Notes: generated by a model not told the origin, from the letters alone. A stretch of 64,000 bases of DNA from Neocallimastix sp. 'constans' (GCA_050613775.1 JBODTK010000114.1:248001-312000), one strand, 5' to 3'; positions 12,417 to 31,493 are shown, counted from the stretch's first letter. Translations and numbers: made by a program.

Positions 12417-14165
12417 TTAAAGGAATATTTTATGTTGTTGTTCTTTTGGAAGTTTATAATAATCAAGTACTTCTTCACGCATTTGTTGTGATGTTTTAGA
12501 ATACCATTCATTATCATGTCTTATAAGATCTCTAACTTTACTGGATATATGCTTTTTATCATTTAATCCGGCATAATGAACTAATAAATCACCTTTTTGC
12601 ATTTGACCTTGACATGTTGGTTCTTTATCACAGAAATATGAATTAAACCAATTTTGTGGAACAATAATATAATGTTTATCTTCTTTTTGTTCAACTAAAA
12701 TATGCAATAATGCGGATTGATCTACGAATAATAAATAAGTATCTTTATTATAATATGTATAGGTACATGCTTTCATTAAAAATGATAAAGACCAAGGATG
12801 AACACGAATTAAAAACATACCAGCATTTAATCCATTAAAATCATCCGAAATAATAAAATGAATTTCATCTTTATCTTCTGGTGGAATAAAGCTATCTAAA
12901 CTAATATTTGGATTAATGATACTAGAATCACTATCTGCCCAAAAAATCCAATCATAACTTTTAGTTTTTAAACCTTGAATAACATAACTCATGACACTAT
13001 ATAATTTTTGATAATAAACTTGTCTACTAGTATCAATCATTTTATCATCCATGAAAAAATGATATCCATGAACATCAGCATATTGTGCAAATTCACTAAT
13101 AGAATGTTCATAAACAGAATTTGGTTTTACGTTATCCGCAAACATTACAATAGCAAATTTCGGTTTTTTGAATGCATTTTCATCTTTCACACATTGATAA
13201 GTAACTTCCATGTAATGTATAATTCCTTGACATGGATCTCCATAAATACTAGTCATTGGTTTAATATAACAATAACGCTTATTTTCACAAAGAGTTTTAA
13301 CCTTATCTAATGGATGACTTTCACAATATTCACCTTTCTTTACAGTAATAAGTTTATCTGAATATTTAACGCCATATTCATTTTTAGAGCAACTTTCTTT
13401 ATCATCAGGTCTTCTTCCGTAGAAGACGTCATGTATTTTGATAGAAAAACCTACTGGACATACAATTTTATTTCCTTCAATAGATTCTGGTGGTAAATAA
13501 AATTTTATATCGCAAAATTTTACTTTATCTTTAGGTAATGGGTAATCATTATTTTTTTTATTTATTTCTAATTCTTTATAATCTGGAGATATCATTGAAA
13601 ATATATCTAGCGAATTTTCATCCCTTTGTTCACCGTCATTAAATTCATAATATTTCTTATAATTTTTATTGAATCTTGAGATATTATCATTATTTTCCTC
13701 TGTTGAATTATTTATATTTTCTTCTGTACTATTGGGATTTTCCTTGTTAAAATCATTATTTTTTCCTTCTGTATTATCATTGTTTTCCACCTTAATATTA
13801 TTATTTTCCTCTTTAGTTTCTTTACTATCCTGGTCATTTAATTTATTGAAAATATTATTTTTATTATCATTTTCATTTGTTTTTGTATTGCTATTATTAA
13901 TTGTTAATTTTGATATTTTTTCTTTGTTTGGATTGATAATTTTTTCTATGTCATTTTCAATATAATTATCATTATAATAAAATTCTTCGTTTGCATTCTG
14001 ATTTTCTTTTATTTTTTCATTTAATTTATTTACAGAAATATTTTGATTATCCTTTGGTTTAAGTGATGATGAAATCATATATAGTAAACCAAAAGATCCA
14101 ACGATCGAAAAAAGTATTACTAATTTAACTATTAAATTTGTATATCTTTTATTTAATAAATGCAT
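12417..14165 (-). CDS. Type II membrane glycosyltransferase family 34 (Mnn10/Gma12-like) with a SUEL/Gal_Lectin domain, intronless, 582 aa
   Basis: N-terminal TM (LVILFSIVGSFGLLYMI) and an Asn/Glu-rich stem. SUEL lectin pattern: C-P..IKI..VFYGR..C...C...LCENKRYC.....YGDPC.G..HYMEVTYQC. GT34 motifs: YADVHGY, YDWIFWADSDSSIINP (DxD), D.NGLNAGMFLIRVHPWS, DQSAL, VPQNWFNSY, GDLLVHYAG. Confidence 0.92.
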   Translation of the reverse strand: MHLLNKRYTNLIVKLVILFSIVGSFGLLYMISSSLKPKDNQNISVNKLNEKIKENQNANEEFYYNDNYIENDIEKIINPNKEKISKLTINNSNTKTNENDNKNNIFNKLNDQDSKETKEENNNIKVENNDNTEGKNNDFNKENPNSTEENINNSTEENNDNISRFNKNYKKYYEFNDGEQRDENSLDIFSMISPDYKELEINKKNNDYPLPKDKVKFCDIKFYLPPESIEGNKIVCPVGFSIKIHDVFYGRRPDDKESCSKNEYGVKYSDKLITVKKGEYCESHPLDKVKTLCENKRYCYIKPMTSIYGDPCQGIIHYMEVTYQCVKDENAFKKPKFAIVMFADNVKPNSVYEHSISEFAQYADVHGYHFFMDDKMIDTSRQVYYQKLYSVMSYVIQGLKTKSYDWIFWADSDSSIINPNISLDSFIPPEDKDEIHFIISDDFNGLNAGMFLIRVHPWSLSFLMKACTYTYYNKDTYLLFVDQSALLHILVEQKEDKHYIIVPQNWFNSYFCDKEPTCQGQMQKGDLLVHYAGLNDKKHISSKVRDLIRHDNEWYSKTSQQMREEVLDYYKLPKEQQHKIFL

Positions 14166-15177
14166 TTTTTTTTTTTTATTCTTTATGTAATTATAATTTA
14201 AAAATAAATATATTTTATAAGTGAAAAATTATAATTGTTAAAGATTGATTATTGAATAGAATAAAAGATTATTTTATATAGTATTATATACAAGTAATTT
14301 TTATAATATTAATTATTATATGATATTATTTTCACAACTACTTTATTTTTTCATTTATTTCATCTTTTATTTTTATTTTATTATTTTATTATTTTTACAA
14401 TTTATTTTATTATTATTAAAATTTATTTATTATTATTTTTATTAATTTGTTTTATCTTCAATATTCTTTTTATAAAAATATTAATAAAACGGTATTAAAT
14501 ATTATTATTATATTAACCGTATGTATACTTTTTTTTTTTATATTAAATTTCTAAATTTTTTAATTATTTTTTCACTTTTATATATTTTTTCATATCAATG
14601 TATATATTTACTTTTTTATAATATAATAATAAAATTTTCTCAAAAATAAAACAAAAAATTTATAAAAAAAAAAATTTAGTTATAAAAAAAGAATATTATA
14701 TATATTTATATATTGTATATAATAAATTAAATTTTATATATTGTCCTAATTGTATTTTAATATATTATAAATCTTATTATATATTTAATTTAATATTTTT
14801 AATAAATTTTATATCATTACGTAATAATATTGGTTGTATTTTTATTAAAGATTTTTATTAAATTAAGAAAATTTAGGAATTTTTCTTATTAAAGTTTAAT
14901 TAATTTTAAAATTTAAAATATTAAAGTATTGTATTTTAATATAAATAAGGTTTTTTTAATTTTTATTATTAAATAAAATTATTAATATAATTCAATATAA
15001 ATTATAAATAAAAAAATTTTTTTTAATTCTTATTTTAAATATTTAAATATATATAATATATTTAGATAATTAATAAATAAATATAAATTATATTTATTAT
15101 AATAAATTTTAATATTAAAATTGAATAGATTAAATTAATAAAAAGATAAAAAAAAAAATAAAATAAAAATTTAATTA

Positions 15178-15420
15178 ATATATTTTGTTTCCAATATTAA
15201 TATAAAATTATTTCATAATAAAAAAAAAAAAAAAAAAAGGAATTTTCAATTTATAATTTAAAACAAAATAAATTATAAATAATTAATAAAAAATATATAA
15301 ATCTATTTTGTTTCCAATATTAAAATAAAATTATTTTGTAATAAAAAAAAAAAAAAAAAAGGAATTTTCAATTTATAACTTAAAACAAAATAAATTATAA
15401 AAATAAAAAATATATAAATA
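15178..15420. repeat. Tandem duplication, ~124 bp unit x2
   Basis: tattttgtttccaatattaa...A(n)ggaattttcaatttataa.ttaaaacaaaataaattataaa occurs at ~15181 and ~15304. Confidence 0.9.
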
Positions 15421-15660
15421 TATAATCAAACCCATTAATAATGCTTTTGCACATATTGTTGATATATAAACTGGTATAGTTCAGCATACAGCATTTATGC
15501 GTTTAGATGCTATTTTGTTCAATATATATAATATAAAATGTCACGTGATTTATATTAATATATAAACGATAATAGTTTTTATACAAATATATGCTATTGT
15601 AAAGAGTAATCTATTAGAACCTTTTATTTATTAAATTATTATTTATTATCAGTAATAGTT

Positions 15661-15830
15661 TTTTTTTATTTATTTCTGGTGTGTACCACCCTTGGTTTCG
15701 GCCCCCCTTCAAGGAAAGTGCATATAAGTAGATATTGTCCCTTCTAGACAGTCTTACTAAGTGTTCATCATTAGCTCTCTAACATGGATATTATTGTTGA
15801 GAATTTTTCTAGTAAGCTTTTTCTTGTCAG
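15661..15830 (-). mobile_element. Poly(A)-tailed dispersed repeat, copy B
   Basis: Reverse complement reads ...ctagaaaaattctcaacaataatatccatgttagagagc...cttagtaagactgtctagaagggacaat...gaaggggggccgaaaccaagggtggtacacaccagaaataaataaaaaaa, homologous to copies A, C and D. Confidence 0.75.
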
Positions 15831-16303
15831 TAATTGATAATTATGTCTAATTTAATGTTTATTTTCATAAATCTACATATTTTAAATTTTTCATTAATAG
15901 ACCGAAATATATTTTAATACGTTATGTGCTTTTTTTTTTATTTTTATTTTTTAATATAGAATCGAAAGTTTATTTAATAAATAAATTTTATATATTGTAT
16001 AATAAAACTCTTCTTTTTTTAGATCTATTTAATACATAATAGTATGATAATTATTATTTGATAATTCCTATATATATCATGCTTTATATAAAAAGAAAAT
16101 TTAATATAAATGTAATGTACTATTCATATTATTATAAAGATTGTTTAAGTTTATTAATTATATTAGTTAATCAAATCAAAAAAATATTATTTAATTATAA
16201 ATATTTTATAAAATATTACTGAAATTATTATATTATCAATTTACTAATATTATAATTATTGTTACAATTATTTATCACTTTTGTTTTTTGTTTACACCAC
16301 CCT

Positions 16304-16605
16304 TTTATTTTATTTTATTTTATTTTATTTTATTTTATTTTACTCATCTGTACTTTATATTCATATTTCTACTATTTATTTTATTTTATTTTATTTTATT
16401 TTACTCATCTGTACTTTATATTCATATTTCTACTATTTATTTTATTTTATTTTATTTTATTTTATTTTATTTTATTTTATTTTATTTTATTTTATTCAAT
16501 CTGTACTTTATATTTATATATCATCTATTTATTTTATTTTATTTTATTCAATCTGTACTTTATATTTATATATCATCTATTTATTTTATTTTATTTTATT
16601 TTATT
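16304..16605. repeat. Minisatellite: 4 copies of core atctgtactttatatt embedded in (TTTTA)n
   Basis: tactcatctgtactttatattcatatttctactattt x2, then ttcaatctgtactttatatttatatatcatctattt x2, separated by (tttta)n runs. Confidence 0.9.
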
Positions 16606-17189
16606 TGGGTTTATTTTAACTTTTTAATAATTTTTTATTTTTATTTTTAATCATTATATTAATTATTGTTTTATTTATACTGTATATTTTATATTAATAT
16701 ATTAATAATTTATATATTATGAATTAAAAATAATTTAAATAATTTTTAAAAACTTTTATTTTCATTTTTAAGATTTTATGTATAATGATTAAATATCTAA
16801 TTATTGTTATGTAAAATAGAGTTTACAATGAAATAAAATCGAACCAGATTCTATCCTGGTTCTATCCCGTTCTATGATCATTTTCCAGGTTTTCCTCACA
16901 AGAGATTTTTTACGGAATACGGTGGTTAGAGTTTCCGGTAAGTATATCCCTTTATATATATATTTTTTATTTTTATTAGAATAGATACTGAATTAATTGA
17001 GAGGATTGCACTAGAATTGTATATTTAAGAGGGAATTACAAGTATTTGGGTACATGGTTTCATGTGTCTATGTAGATATATTCTTTTAAATTTGCAATCT
17101 TTCTGACATTTTTGCATTTATCAGGAAATAATAACGAATATCTATTAGTTAAGTTATACTGACTTCACTTCAAAGGGAAATTACGAACT

Positions 17190-17396
17190 GGAGAAGCACT
17201 CGGAGAAGTAGTACTAGAAAAATTCTTAGCAATAATATGCATGCCAGAGCGCCGGTGTTGAAACACTCAGTAAAGTCATCCAGTAGGGACAATTTTGCCT
17301 TTATAAAATGAAAGTGTGTATCTACCTCAATATTCCCACTGCTCCTGAGGGGGGACTGAAACCTAGGGCGGTACACACCGGAAATAAAAAAAAAAA
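17190..17396 (+). mobile_element. Poly(A)-tailed dispersed repeat, copy C
   Basis: gcactcggagaagtagtactagaaaaattcttagcaataatatgcatgccagagcg...cagtagggacaatt...tctacctcaatattccca...ctgaggggggactgaaacctagggcggtacacaccggaaataaaaaaaaaa. Coding-like GC continues upstream to ~16840. Confidence 0.78.
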
Positions 17397-17989
17397 TAAA
17401 ATTAATAATTCTAACACTAAATTTTTATGATTCTAATCAAATTTACAACTAAGATATGTATAAAATTTTTTTCAAAATATAAAAATTTTATTAAATATAA
17501 AAGCATAAAAATTTTAAAAACTTTAAAACAAAAAGAATTATATATATTTGGATATTTAAAATAATATTTTTTCTAATATAAATTATAAATTTACTAAAAT
17601 TTTATTATTTAAAAATTATTAAAATTAATATTTATTTTAATTACATATATAAAACTTTAATTTATATAGTTTTTCTCTTAATTTTTTATGCTACCTTTAT
17701 TTTTTATTTTTTTTTTTTTTTTAATAGTATAAATATCAAAAAAAATTTAAAATTCATTATAAATCAAAATAAATTAGATTATAAACTTTTTTAAATCAAT
17801 GGAAATTTCCTATTATACCAAGAAATATTAAAATTAGAATGAATATACATTTTTCATTATTATTACTTTTACATATACATATTACTAAAAAAATTTGAAG
17901 AATTTATGATCAAAATAATATGTTTTATCGAAATAAAAAAAAAAAAGAAAAAATTTAAAAATAACTAATATATGATTATTTAACTAAAA

Positions 17990-23474
<5,485 letters not shown>

Positions 23475-23521
23475 TTATATTTCAATCATTCTAGAATATT
23501 ATTAAACATTATTATTAGAAC

Positions 23522-23678
<157 letters not shown>

Positions 23679-23790
23679 TAAAATATTTTAAGAATTAATA
23701 AATATATTTATTAATTTTTATTATTAATTAAAATATTAAATATAAAAAGTATTTATTAAATAAAGTACTTTTAACAATTATATGCTAAAT

Positions 23791-23825
<35 letters not shown>

Positions 23826-23967
23826 AAAAAATTTATATTATAAATTATACATTATTATAAAAGGAAGAATAAGAAATATATATATATAGTAAGAATAATA
23901 AAACTAAAATTTGGATATATATTTATATATATCTTAGTATTTTTAATTTATTATATTTAAATAATTA

Positions 23968-25628
23968 TTAAAATAAATTAATAATTTCTTCAGCAATTAG
24001 TTCATCTTCTGAATTCCAAGATATTTTAATTAATCTTCTTGAAGGTGAAATTCTAACTTCTATTGATCGTATAGTTAATATACTATATTCATCATTACTA
24101 TCAAGAGTAGATGATGACGCAATATTTTCATCTTCAGATGAATCATATATATCTTCTATATTATCGTACATTTCATCATCCTCTTCTTCTGCTTTTTCTT
24201 TTCCTTTATTTTTTCTTGTTTGATTTTCATTACCGTCTTCACTTATGTTCTTTGTTGAATTATTTTGTTTTTCATTCTTTTGATTATTATTGTCTTCATT
24301 AGAATTATTTAATTTTTTTTTATGCTTTACTGAATGTGTAAGCATTTCTATTTCATGGAAAGAGATACAAGGTTCTATATCATTTACTATTGATTTTGAA
24401 TCATGAGTTGTTTTGTTGGATTCTTTTTCCTTTTCTTTATCTTTTTCTCTCTCTTTGTCTTTGTCTTTTTCTTTATCTTTTCTTTTATTATAATTATTAC
24501 TACTGTTATTATTGCTATTATTACTTGAATTATTAACATTAATATTATTATACGAAGCTGGAGATGTACTAGAATCGGCTTGAGCATAAAAGGAGGTAAC
24601 ATTGTTATTTATATGAGTTGAACCTGTTGAACTTGTTAATAAATTTAAAGCACTTTCTCCTTCTACTCTCAAATTTACTTGATTTTGAGGTGGTACTGTA
24701 GATGAATGTTCAGAGGTTAATGGTATTGAGAAGGAGTCACGAAAAACAAATGTTTTATTTTCATGAAGTTTACGATAAATTCTTTTCTTAGTAACTAAAT
24801 TATCCAAAATATAATATTTTAATTCAATTAATATACGATCTTCAATATTAATTCTTTCATATTTTTTTTCTCTTTCTTTTCTTTCTTTTTCCGAAATTTT
24901 ATTATTTTCATCATTTTCTTCTTCAACTTCTCCTTCTTCCTGAACATTTTCTGTTTCTTTTTTTTCTTTATCTTCTTTATCTTCATTATTTTCATCTTTT
25001 TCTTCTTTTATTTCTGGATAACTTCTTAATTCTTTTTCTAGATGCTCTTTTCGAATATCATTTAATAAATTTAATGCAAGTGTATCCCGTGAAGAATTTT
25101 TTTTATTTTCTTCGTTTATTTTTTTTAATTTTTCTAAGAGTTTTCTTAAATCACAATTTCTTCTTCGAATACAAAATTTTATTTTCTTATCATGATACCC
25201 TAAATTATCGGTTATAGTATCTTCACTGACAACTTTAATATGATTACGATCAAAATCTTGAAAAGATTCTCCTTGAACCTCATATGCAATATCACTTTTA
25301 TTTTCATTTAAATACCAGGAACCTTCATTCCATCGACTTCTTTGGGTTAAAGAATTTTCTATTCCATTACTAGTATCATTATTCAAATCCCAAAGTATTA
25401 CACCTCGGAAAGGTAAATGCCTAATAGGTTTCATATATTTTATTGGAACATTAGCAATTGGTTTTGATTCGGATGATGTCGAGGTCTCATTACCATATTT
25501 ATTTTTTCCTTCCGGAGAAAAATTATTATTATCAAATTTTCGAACTTTTAACTTTAAACTTTCATCAATAGATTTATCAGTGGATTCTCTTTTTCTTTTT
25601 TTTTCATTATCAATGTTATTCATATTCA

Positions 25629-25703
<75 letters not shown>

Positions 25704-27874
25704 CATTACTATTATTATTTGAATTTAATTGAGTATCATTAACATTATTTTGACTAGAATCTAATTGTTCTTTAATATAATAATGAGATTCATGTATTTC
25801 TGAATGCATTTCTTGTTTAACAGGCAATTCTTGCTTAATATTTACATTATTCGTTTTGTTAATATTATTGTTATCAGTGTTATTATTTTCTTGCTTAACA
25901 TTATTTATTGATGAATCAATTATCATATTTTCTGATTTCACTTCGTATTTAATTGAGCTCATATTTCTTTTATTTATATTAGGTCTATTTATAATTCTCG
26001 AATTAAAACTTGTTTGACTATTGATATTACTTCCTCCTATAGTTTGATTTTCATCAATAAGTGGTTCATTGATAGAGGTACATGGTAAATTACCAATTTT
26101 ATCAATATTAATTGCATCAAGACTTTTTGCGGTTGATGTATATGCCAAGTAATCATCTAATGATTTTTTAATAACGTCTAATGAAAGGTCAACCTTAATA
26201 TTTCTTTTAGTATTAATTGTTACAGTTTTACCGTTTGGGGGGTAGTAAACAGGAATCTTGATTTCATCTTCAATTTGACGAGCTAAATATTTCATTTTTT
26301 CTTTTTCTCCATGAACAAATATAACATTTTTTGGTTCACACATTCCAATCATTTGCATAATACCTTTGGCATCAGCATGTGCTGAAAATGAAAGATTTTC
26401 AACTCTAAGATTAACATTAATTTTAGTATAACGATCAACTTCAATTATTTTATCACCAGCTAAAACTTTATGACCCACTGTTCCGGCAACACAGTAACCT
26501 GGAAGAATAACCATATTTTTTGGATCTGGTGCCCACTTTTTAAATACAGTTAAAGAAGTACCAGCATGAAGCATACCTGGTGATGCAAAAAGTACCATTG
26601 GTCCTGGATTATCAGCATAATGTGATTCCCAAGGCTTAATATGATTAAAATCAAACATATTTCTTTCTACAAAATTCTTTTTAATTTTTTCATTTGTCCA
26701 ATTAATGAATACTTTATAAAAATTATTGGCTTTGGATGTCATACCAGTTGAAAAATAAATTGGAATTTTTAATCCCATTCGTTCCCAGAAACTTTCAATT
26801 AAAATACAAAGTTCTTGAGCTCTTCCTAAAGCAAATACTGGAATTAAAACTTTTCCTCCCTCTAAAACACATTCATGAACTTTTTTAAGGAAATTTTGTT
26901 CTCTTGCTCGTTTAGATTCACGAATTACAGTAGCATAGGTCGTTTCTGTGATTAAAATATCAGGTTTACATTTGTCAATCCAAGCAGCACCTAAATGTCT
27001 ATCTGGTGTCATATTATAATCACCTGTATATACAATAGAATTACTACCAATAGTAATTTTGAAAAGACAGGCACCCAAGACATGACCTGCATAATAGGCT
27101 TTAATTTCTAAATCATCACAAACTTTAATTGATTCATGTAAGTTAATAATTGTAACTTTTTTCATAGAATCTTTAACCATCTGGGCTGTAAAGAAATTCG
27201 AATCCCCCTTACGATCTACAGTAATTTTACGATAATCTTCTAATAATAGAGGGCATATAGCTTTGGTTGGTGCAGTCATATAAATAGGTCCGTCATATCC
27301 TATCATTTCAGTAAAATATGGTAAGGCGCCACAGTGATCTAAATGAAAATGAGAAATGACTAAACAATCAATCATTTCATTGACATTTCCATTTTTTGTT
27401 ATATATGAAAAATCTGGAAATCTTCTTTCATCATTATAACCCATATCTTATTATTAAAATAAATATAATAAATATACAATATATCAATATATCATATTTT
27501 TCATCAAATTTTTATTAATATATAAATATTAATATAATTTTCATTAAATTATTATTATAAAATTTCTAAATTTCAAATGATTTTATTTTCATTTTCTAAT
27601 TATTTTAAATATAATATTCTTAATTATTATTATTTATATTTTTTATCACTTCAATATTATATTATTATTTTGAATATACTTTTTTTTTTTTTTTTTTATT
27701 TTGGTATATATTTAAATAATTTTAAAATTAATTCATAAAAAAAAAAAAATTATTTTCTTATTTTAACTTACGCATTCCACAATCAAGCATAATATTTTTT
27801 CCTCCAAATGAGGCCAGAATACAACTTCTTCCTACATCTTGACCTGCTCCTAAAGGTACGATTTTTATTGACAT
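23968..27874 (-). CDS. INTS11: Integrator subunit 11 / CPSF73-like metallo-beta-lactamase beta-CASP endonuclease; 2 exons (27772-27874, 23968-27446); very long low-complexity C-terminus
   Basis: Spliced N-terminus [50 protein letters not shown]. The GQDVGRSC and [15 protein letters not shown] segments match INTS11 rather than CPSF73/Ysh1 as I recall them. It also has [65 protein letters not shown] and FSAHAD. Confidence 0.92.
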
Positions 27875-27939
27875 TTGCTATTTATTCTATTTTACTTTAA
27901 TTTTTACTATTACTATTAGTATTTGTGTTATTGTTGTTT

Positions 27940-27971
<32 letters not shown>

Positions 27972-30722
27972 ATGATTATTACTATATTATTAATATTTTA
28001 TTAAATTTTTTTGGAAACAAAAATAATAAGAAATTATAATTTTTGAAATCTAAAATTTCCTTTTCTATTTAAATTTCGATTTATTGGCTTATTTTAATTA
28101 AAAATTTAAATTTATATACTTTTTTATTTAATTTCAATTGATTCATTTATATCATCAAATTTTAAAATCATAAAAAAACTAATAATGAAAAAAAAAAAGT
28201 ACTAAAGTTAAGTATATATAGTTATTTAAATTTGAAATTTCATTAATTTGTCTTCCTTTTTAATGATTTATTTATTATGATTAAGATTAAAAGCGGTAAA
28301 ATGAAATTTTAATTCTAATTTTAAAATGTGAAATTTTGATTTTGAAATGTAAATTTTACAAATATATATAATATATTTTAATTTAATAAAAGTTATTAAA
28401 TTTTACAGAACTATTAAAAATTTAATAATTCTATTTTTAAAATTTAAATATTTAAAAATTATTAATAATATATTATTTTATTTAATCAAAATATAAGTTA
28501 ATAAATTTTAACTATGTTTAATTTTAATAAAATTAATAAAAAAAATTATAAATAAAATTTATATTATCATAGGTGTATGGATATATGTTATTAATAATAT
28601 TTCAATTTTCAATTTTTCAAAATATTATTAAAATATAAAAAAAAAATGATAAAAAAATAAAAAAAATCTTATATTATTTAATAAATATAAATAAATATTA
28701 CCTAAAAATATTAATAATTGGAATATTTTAAAATTTATTATAGTATTTACTTTATTATTAATAAGAGATATTTAGTACATATAATACCAATCTGAAATTC
28801 TTTATATGCTAAATTTAATTTATATTATTTTAATTATATTAAAATTTTCTTAATAATAATTGAAACTTTTAGTAATATGTTTTTCTTAATAGACTAATAA
28901 TTTTTTGGTATATTGTTATATACCTTTAATAATAAATATAATTTAAAATATTTATAATATATTACACTTATTTTAAAAACCATATTACTATGTGTAAAAA
29001 TAGCATTATTTATTTATAACTAATATTAAGTATTTTATTAAATTTGTATTAAGGTAAATTATTAATATTATAGCTAAAATTATTTAATTAAACTAGTTAG
29101 TGATAAACCGCAACAATTTCTATTAAAAATTAAAAATTAAACGGTTTTTTATTTTTTTTTTTTTTGTATAGTAAAAAATGTGTAATAACAGCTTGTATAA
29201 AAAAACTTAATACATTGTAATAATAAAAGTTTTATATTATATTTATTATATAAATATATAAAATACAATTATCTAATGTAAAATAATAAAATTAAATACA
29301 AAAATTTAAACAAACATAAAAACGAAATAAAAACAAAAAAACATCAATCAATTCTGTATTTTTTTTTTTTTTTTTATTATTATTTTTTAATTATATTCAA
29401 TCCAAATATTTGTACTTTATACTTTATATTTAATATTTATATATATATTTTTTTTATTTAAAATAATATAAAAATATTGATATATTAATAAAATAATTAA
29501 AAATATTGATATATTAATAAAATAATTAAAAATATTCAAATTTGTTAATAAAATATGGCTTGATATAAATATAAAAAATAATAGTACAAAAAAATGTTTG
29601 AAATCATAATAATTTATTATTGAATAAAAATTAATAATAAATTTTGTATTAATTTGTAATAGAAATAAGGCTTGATAAAAATTTTAATTACTTATACATT
29701 AAAATAAGAATTTAATAAAATTTATATTTATTATTTCAACAATTTGCAATATTTAAAATTAAAAAAGTTCAAACTTTATATCTATAAGTTAAATATGTAA
29801 CTATTTTATATAAAAGTATATAATTACATTAAGCATTATTGATCTAAAGTATTAATCATATAATACAATATATTGTAATATATGAAAATTTAGTATTTTG
29901 AGTTTGGACAATAATTTTTTTGATATATTTTTTTTAAAAAAAAATTAAAAAAAAAAGTTATTATAATTTCAAATTTTAACATTAACTTTTAGAAATAGAC
30001 AAAATAAAAATTATAATTAAAAATACCTTTTATTTAAACAAAAAGCTATTGTTATTTAATTTGTTATTCAATATGTATGTAATTTTTATTAAATAGTTAA
30101 TGAGTTATAGTAATTTTAAATATTTTTATTAATGGTTTTAATATAAAGGATAATGGTAACTTTTTATCAAAAATTAAAAGTCTTTAGTTATATTATATAT
30201 ATTATTAAACAGTATTAAAATTTTTATAAATCATAAAGAAATATATATATATTTTTTACGAAAAAAAAAAGATGGTGCTAATTATTTTTTTTTATTAAAT
30301 TTAAAGATTTTATTTATAAATATTTTAACAGAATTATTTAAAGATTAATTTATTATTTCAATAGATGATTAAATATAATTAAAAAAAAAAAAAAAAAAAA
30401 AAAAAATTAAATTGTAATTGTAATTGTATAATTTAATTATGTCTTATACAATAATATATTAACTTTTAAATATCATTGAATTTATATAAAGTTTTTTTTT
30501 TTTTTTTTCTAAAAAAGAAAAACTAAATAATGAATTTCTTTTTATAACATATAATTTTTTTTAATTAAATTATTTATATATTTTAATATTCAAGTTTTCT
30601 ATAATATTAATTTTAATATTTTCAATTTTTATTCCATTAATTTTTAAATTTATTTTTTAATAATAGATAGATTTGTTAATAATAATAATAATAATAATTA
30701 GATTTTATAAAATAGTATCAAC

Positions 30723-31455
30723 ATGTCTATTCCAAAACCACGTAGTATGCCAACAGGCTTTAGAAATATCCTTCGTCCAAATGATTCCACCTCTTTGTGG
30801 AATTGTACTCTTTCACCTGGTTGGACTCAAGAAGAATCAGATATTTTAAGAGATGCTCTTATGTATTATGGTATTGGTAATTGGAAAGATATTATTGAAC
30901 ATGGTTGTTTACCTGATAAAACTAATGCCCAAATGAATTTACAATTACAAAGAATGCTTGGTCAACAAAGTACAGCTGGTAAGAAATTAAAAATATCATA
31001 TATACTTCAATGATGTAATATCTTTTTTTTTTATTAACTTTTATATATATATATATATAAATATTAATCCATTTATAATAATTTATAAATAATATTATTA
31101 TAAATTATTCCTTTTTTTAAAAAAAAATAAATGAAAGAATTCCAAAATCTTCATATCGATCCTTATGTCATTGGAAAAATTAATTCACAAAAACAAGGAC
31201 CAAATATTAAAAGAAAGAATGGTTTTATTATTAATACAGGAGGTTAGCATTAATTTAATTTTTATTTTAAATTATTATTTAAAATATGTAATTATCCATA
31301 ATTAATATTAATATTAATATTAATATTAATAATAGGTAAATTATCAAGAGAAGATATTAAAAGAAAAATACAGGAAAATAAAGAAAAGTGAGAAAAGAAA
31401 AAAATATATAAAATTCAAAATTTTAATTATTCTTTTATATAAAAAATAATTAAAT

Positions 31456-31493
<38 letters not shown>

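Noticed and set aside
13008..13965. Plus-strand ORFs inside the GT34 gene, and similar shadow ORFs at 7249, 20941, 24111, 32190, 47671, 49860 and 63151
   Set aside because: They are antisense or alternate-frame shadows of well-supported coding regions.
15430..15550. Possible coding fragment and a tcacgtga E-box upstream of the GT34 gene
   Set aside because: The frame is interrupted and unrecognisable. A single 8-mer is insufficient evidence for a regulatory site.
16259..16650. Three overlapping F/Y/I/L-rich ORFs and a CRISPR-like repeat-spacer look
   Set aside because: This is a (TTTTA)n-based minisatellite. The 'spacers' are low-complexity, the context is eukaryotic and there are no cas genes.
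16925..16950. U1 snRNA on the minus strand (atacttaccgg)
   Set aside because: Only the 5' splice-site-complementary bases match. I cannot see the U1-70K loop, the cloverleaf or a properly placed Sm site.
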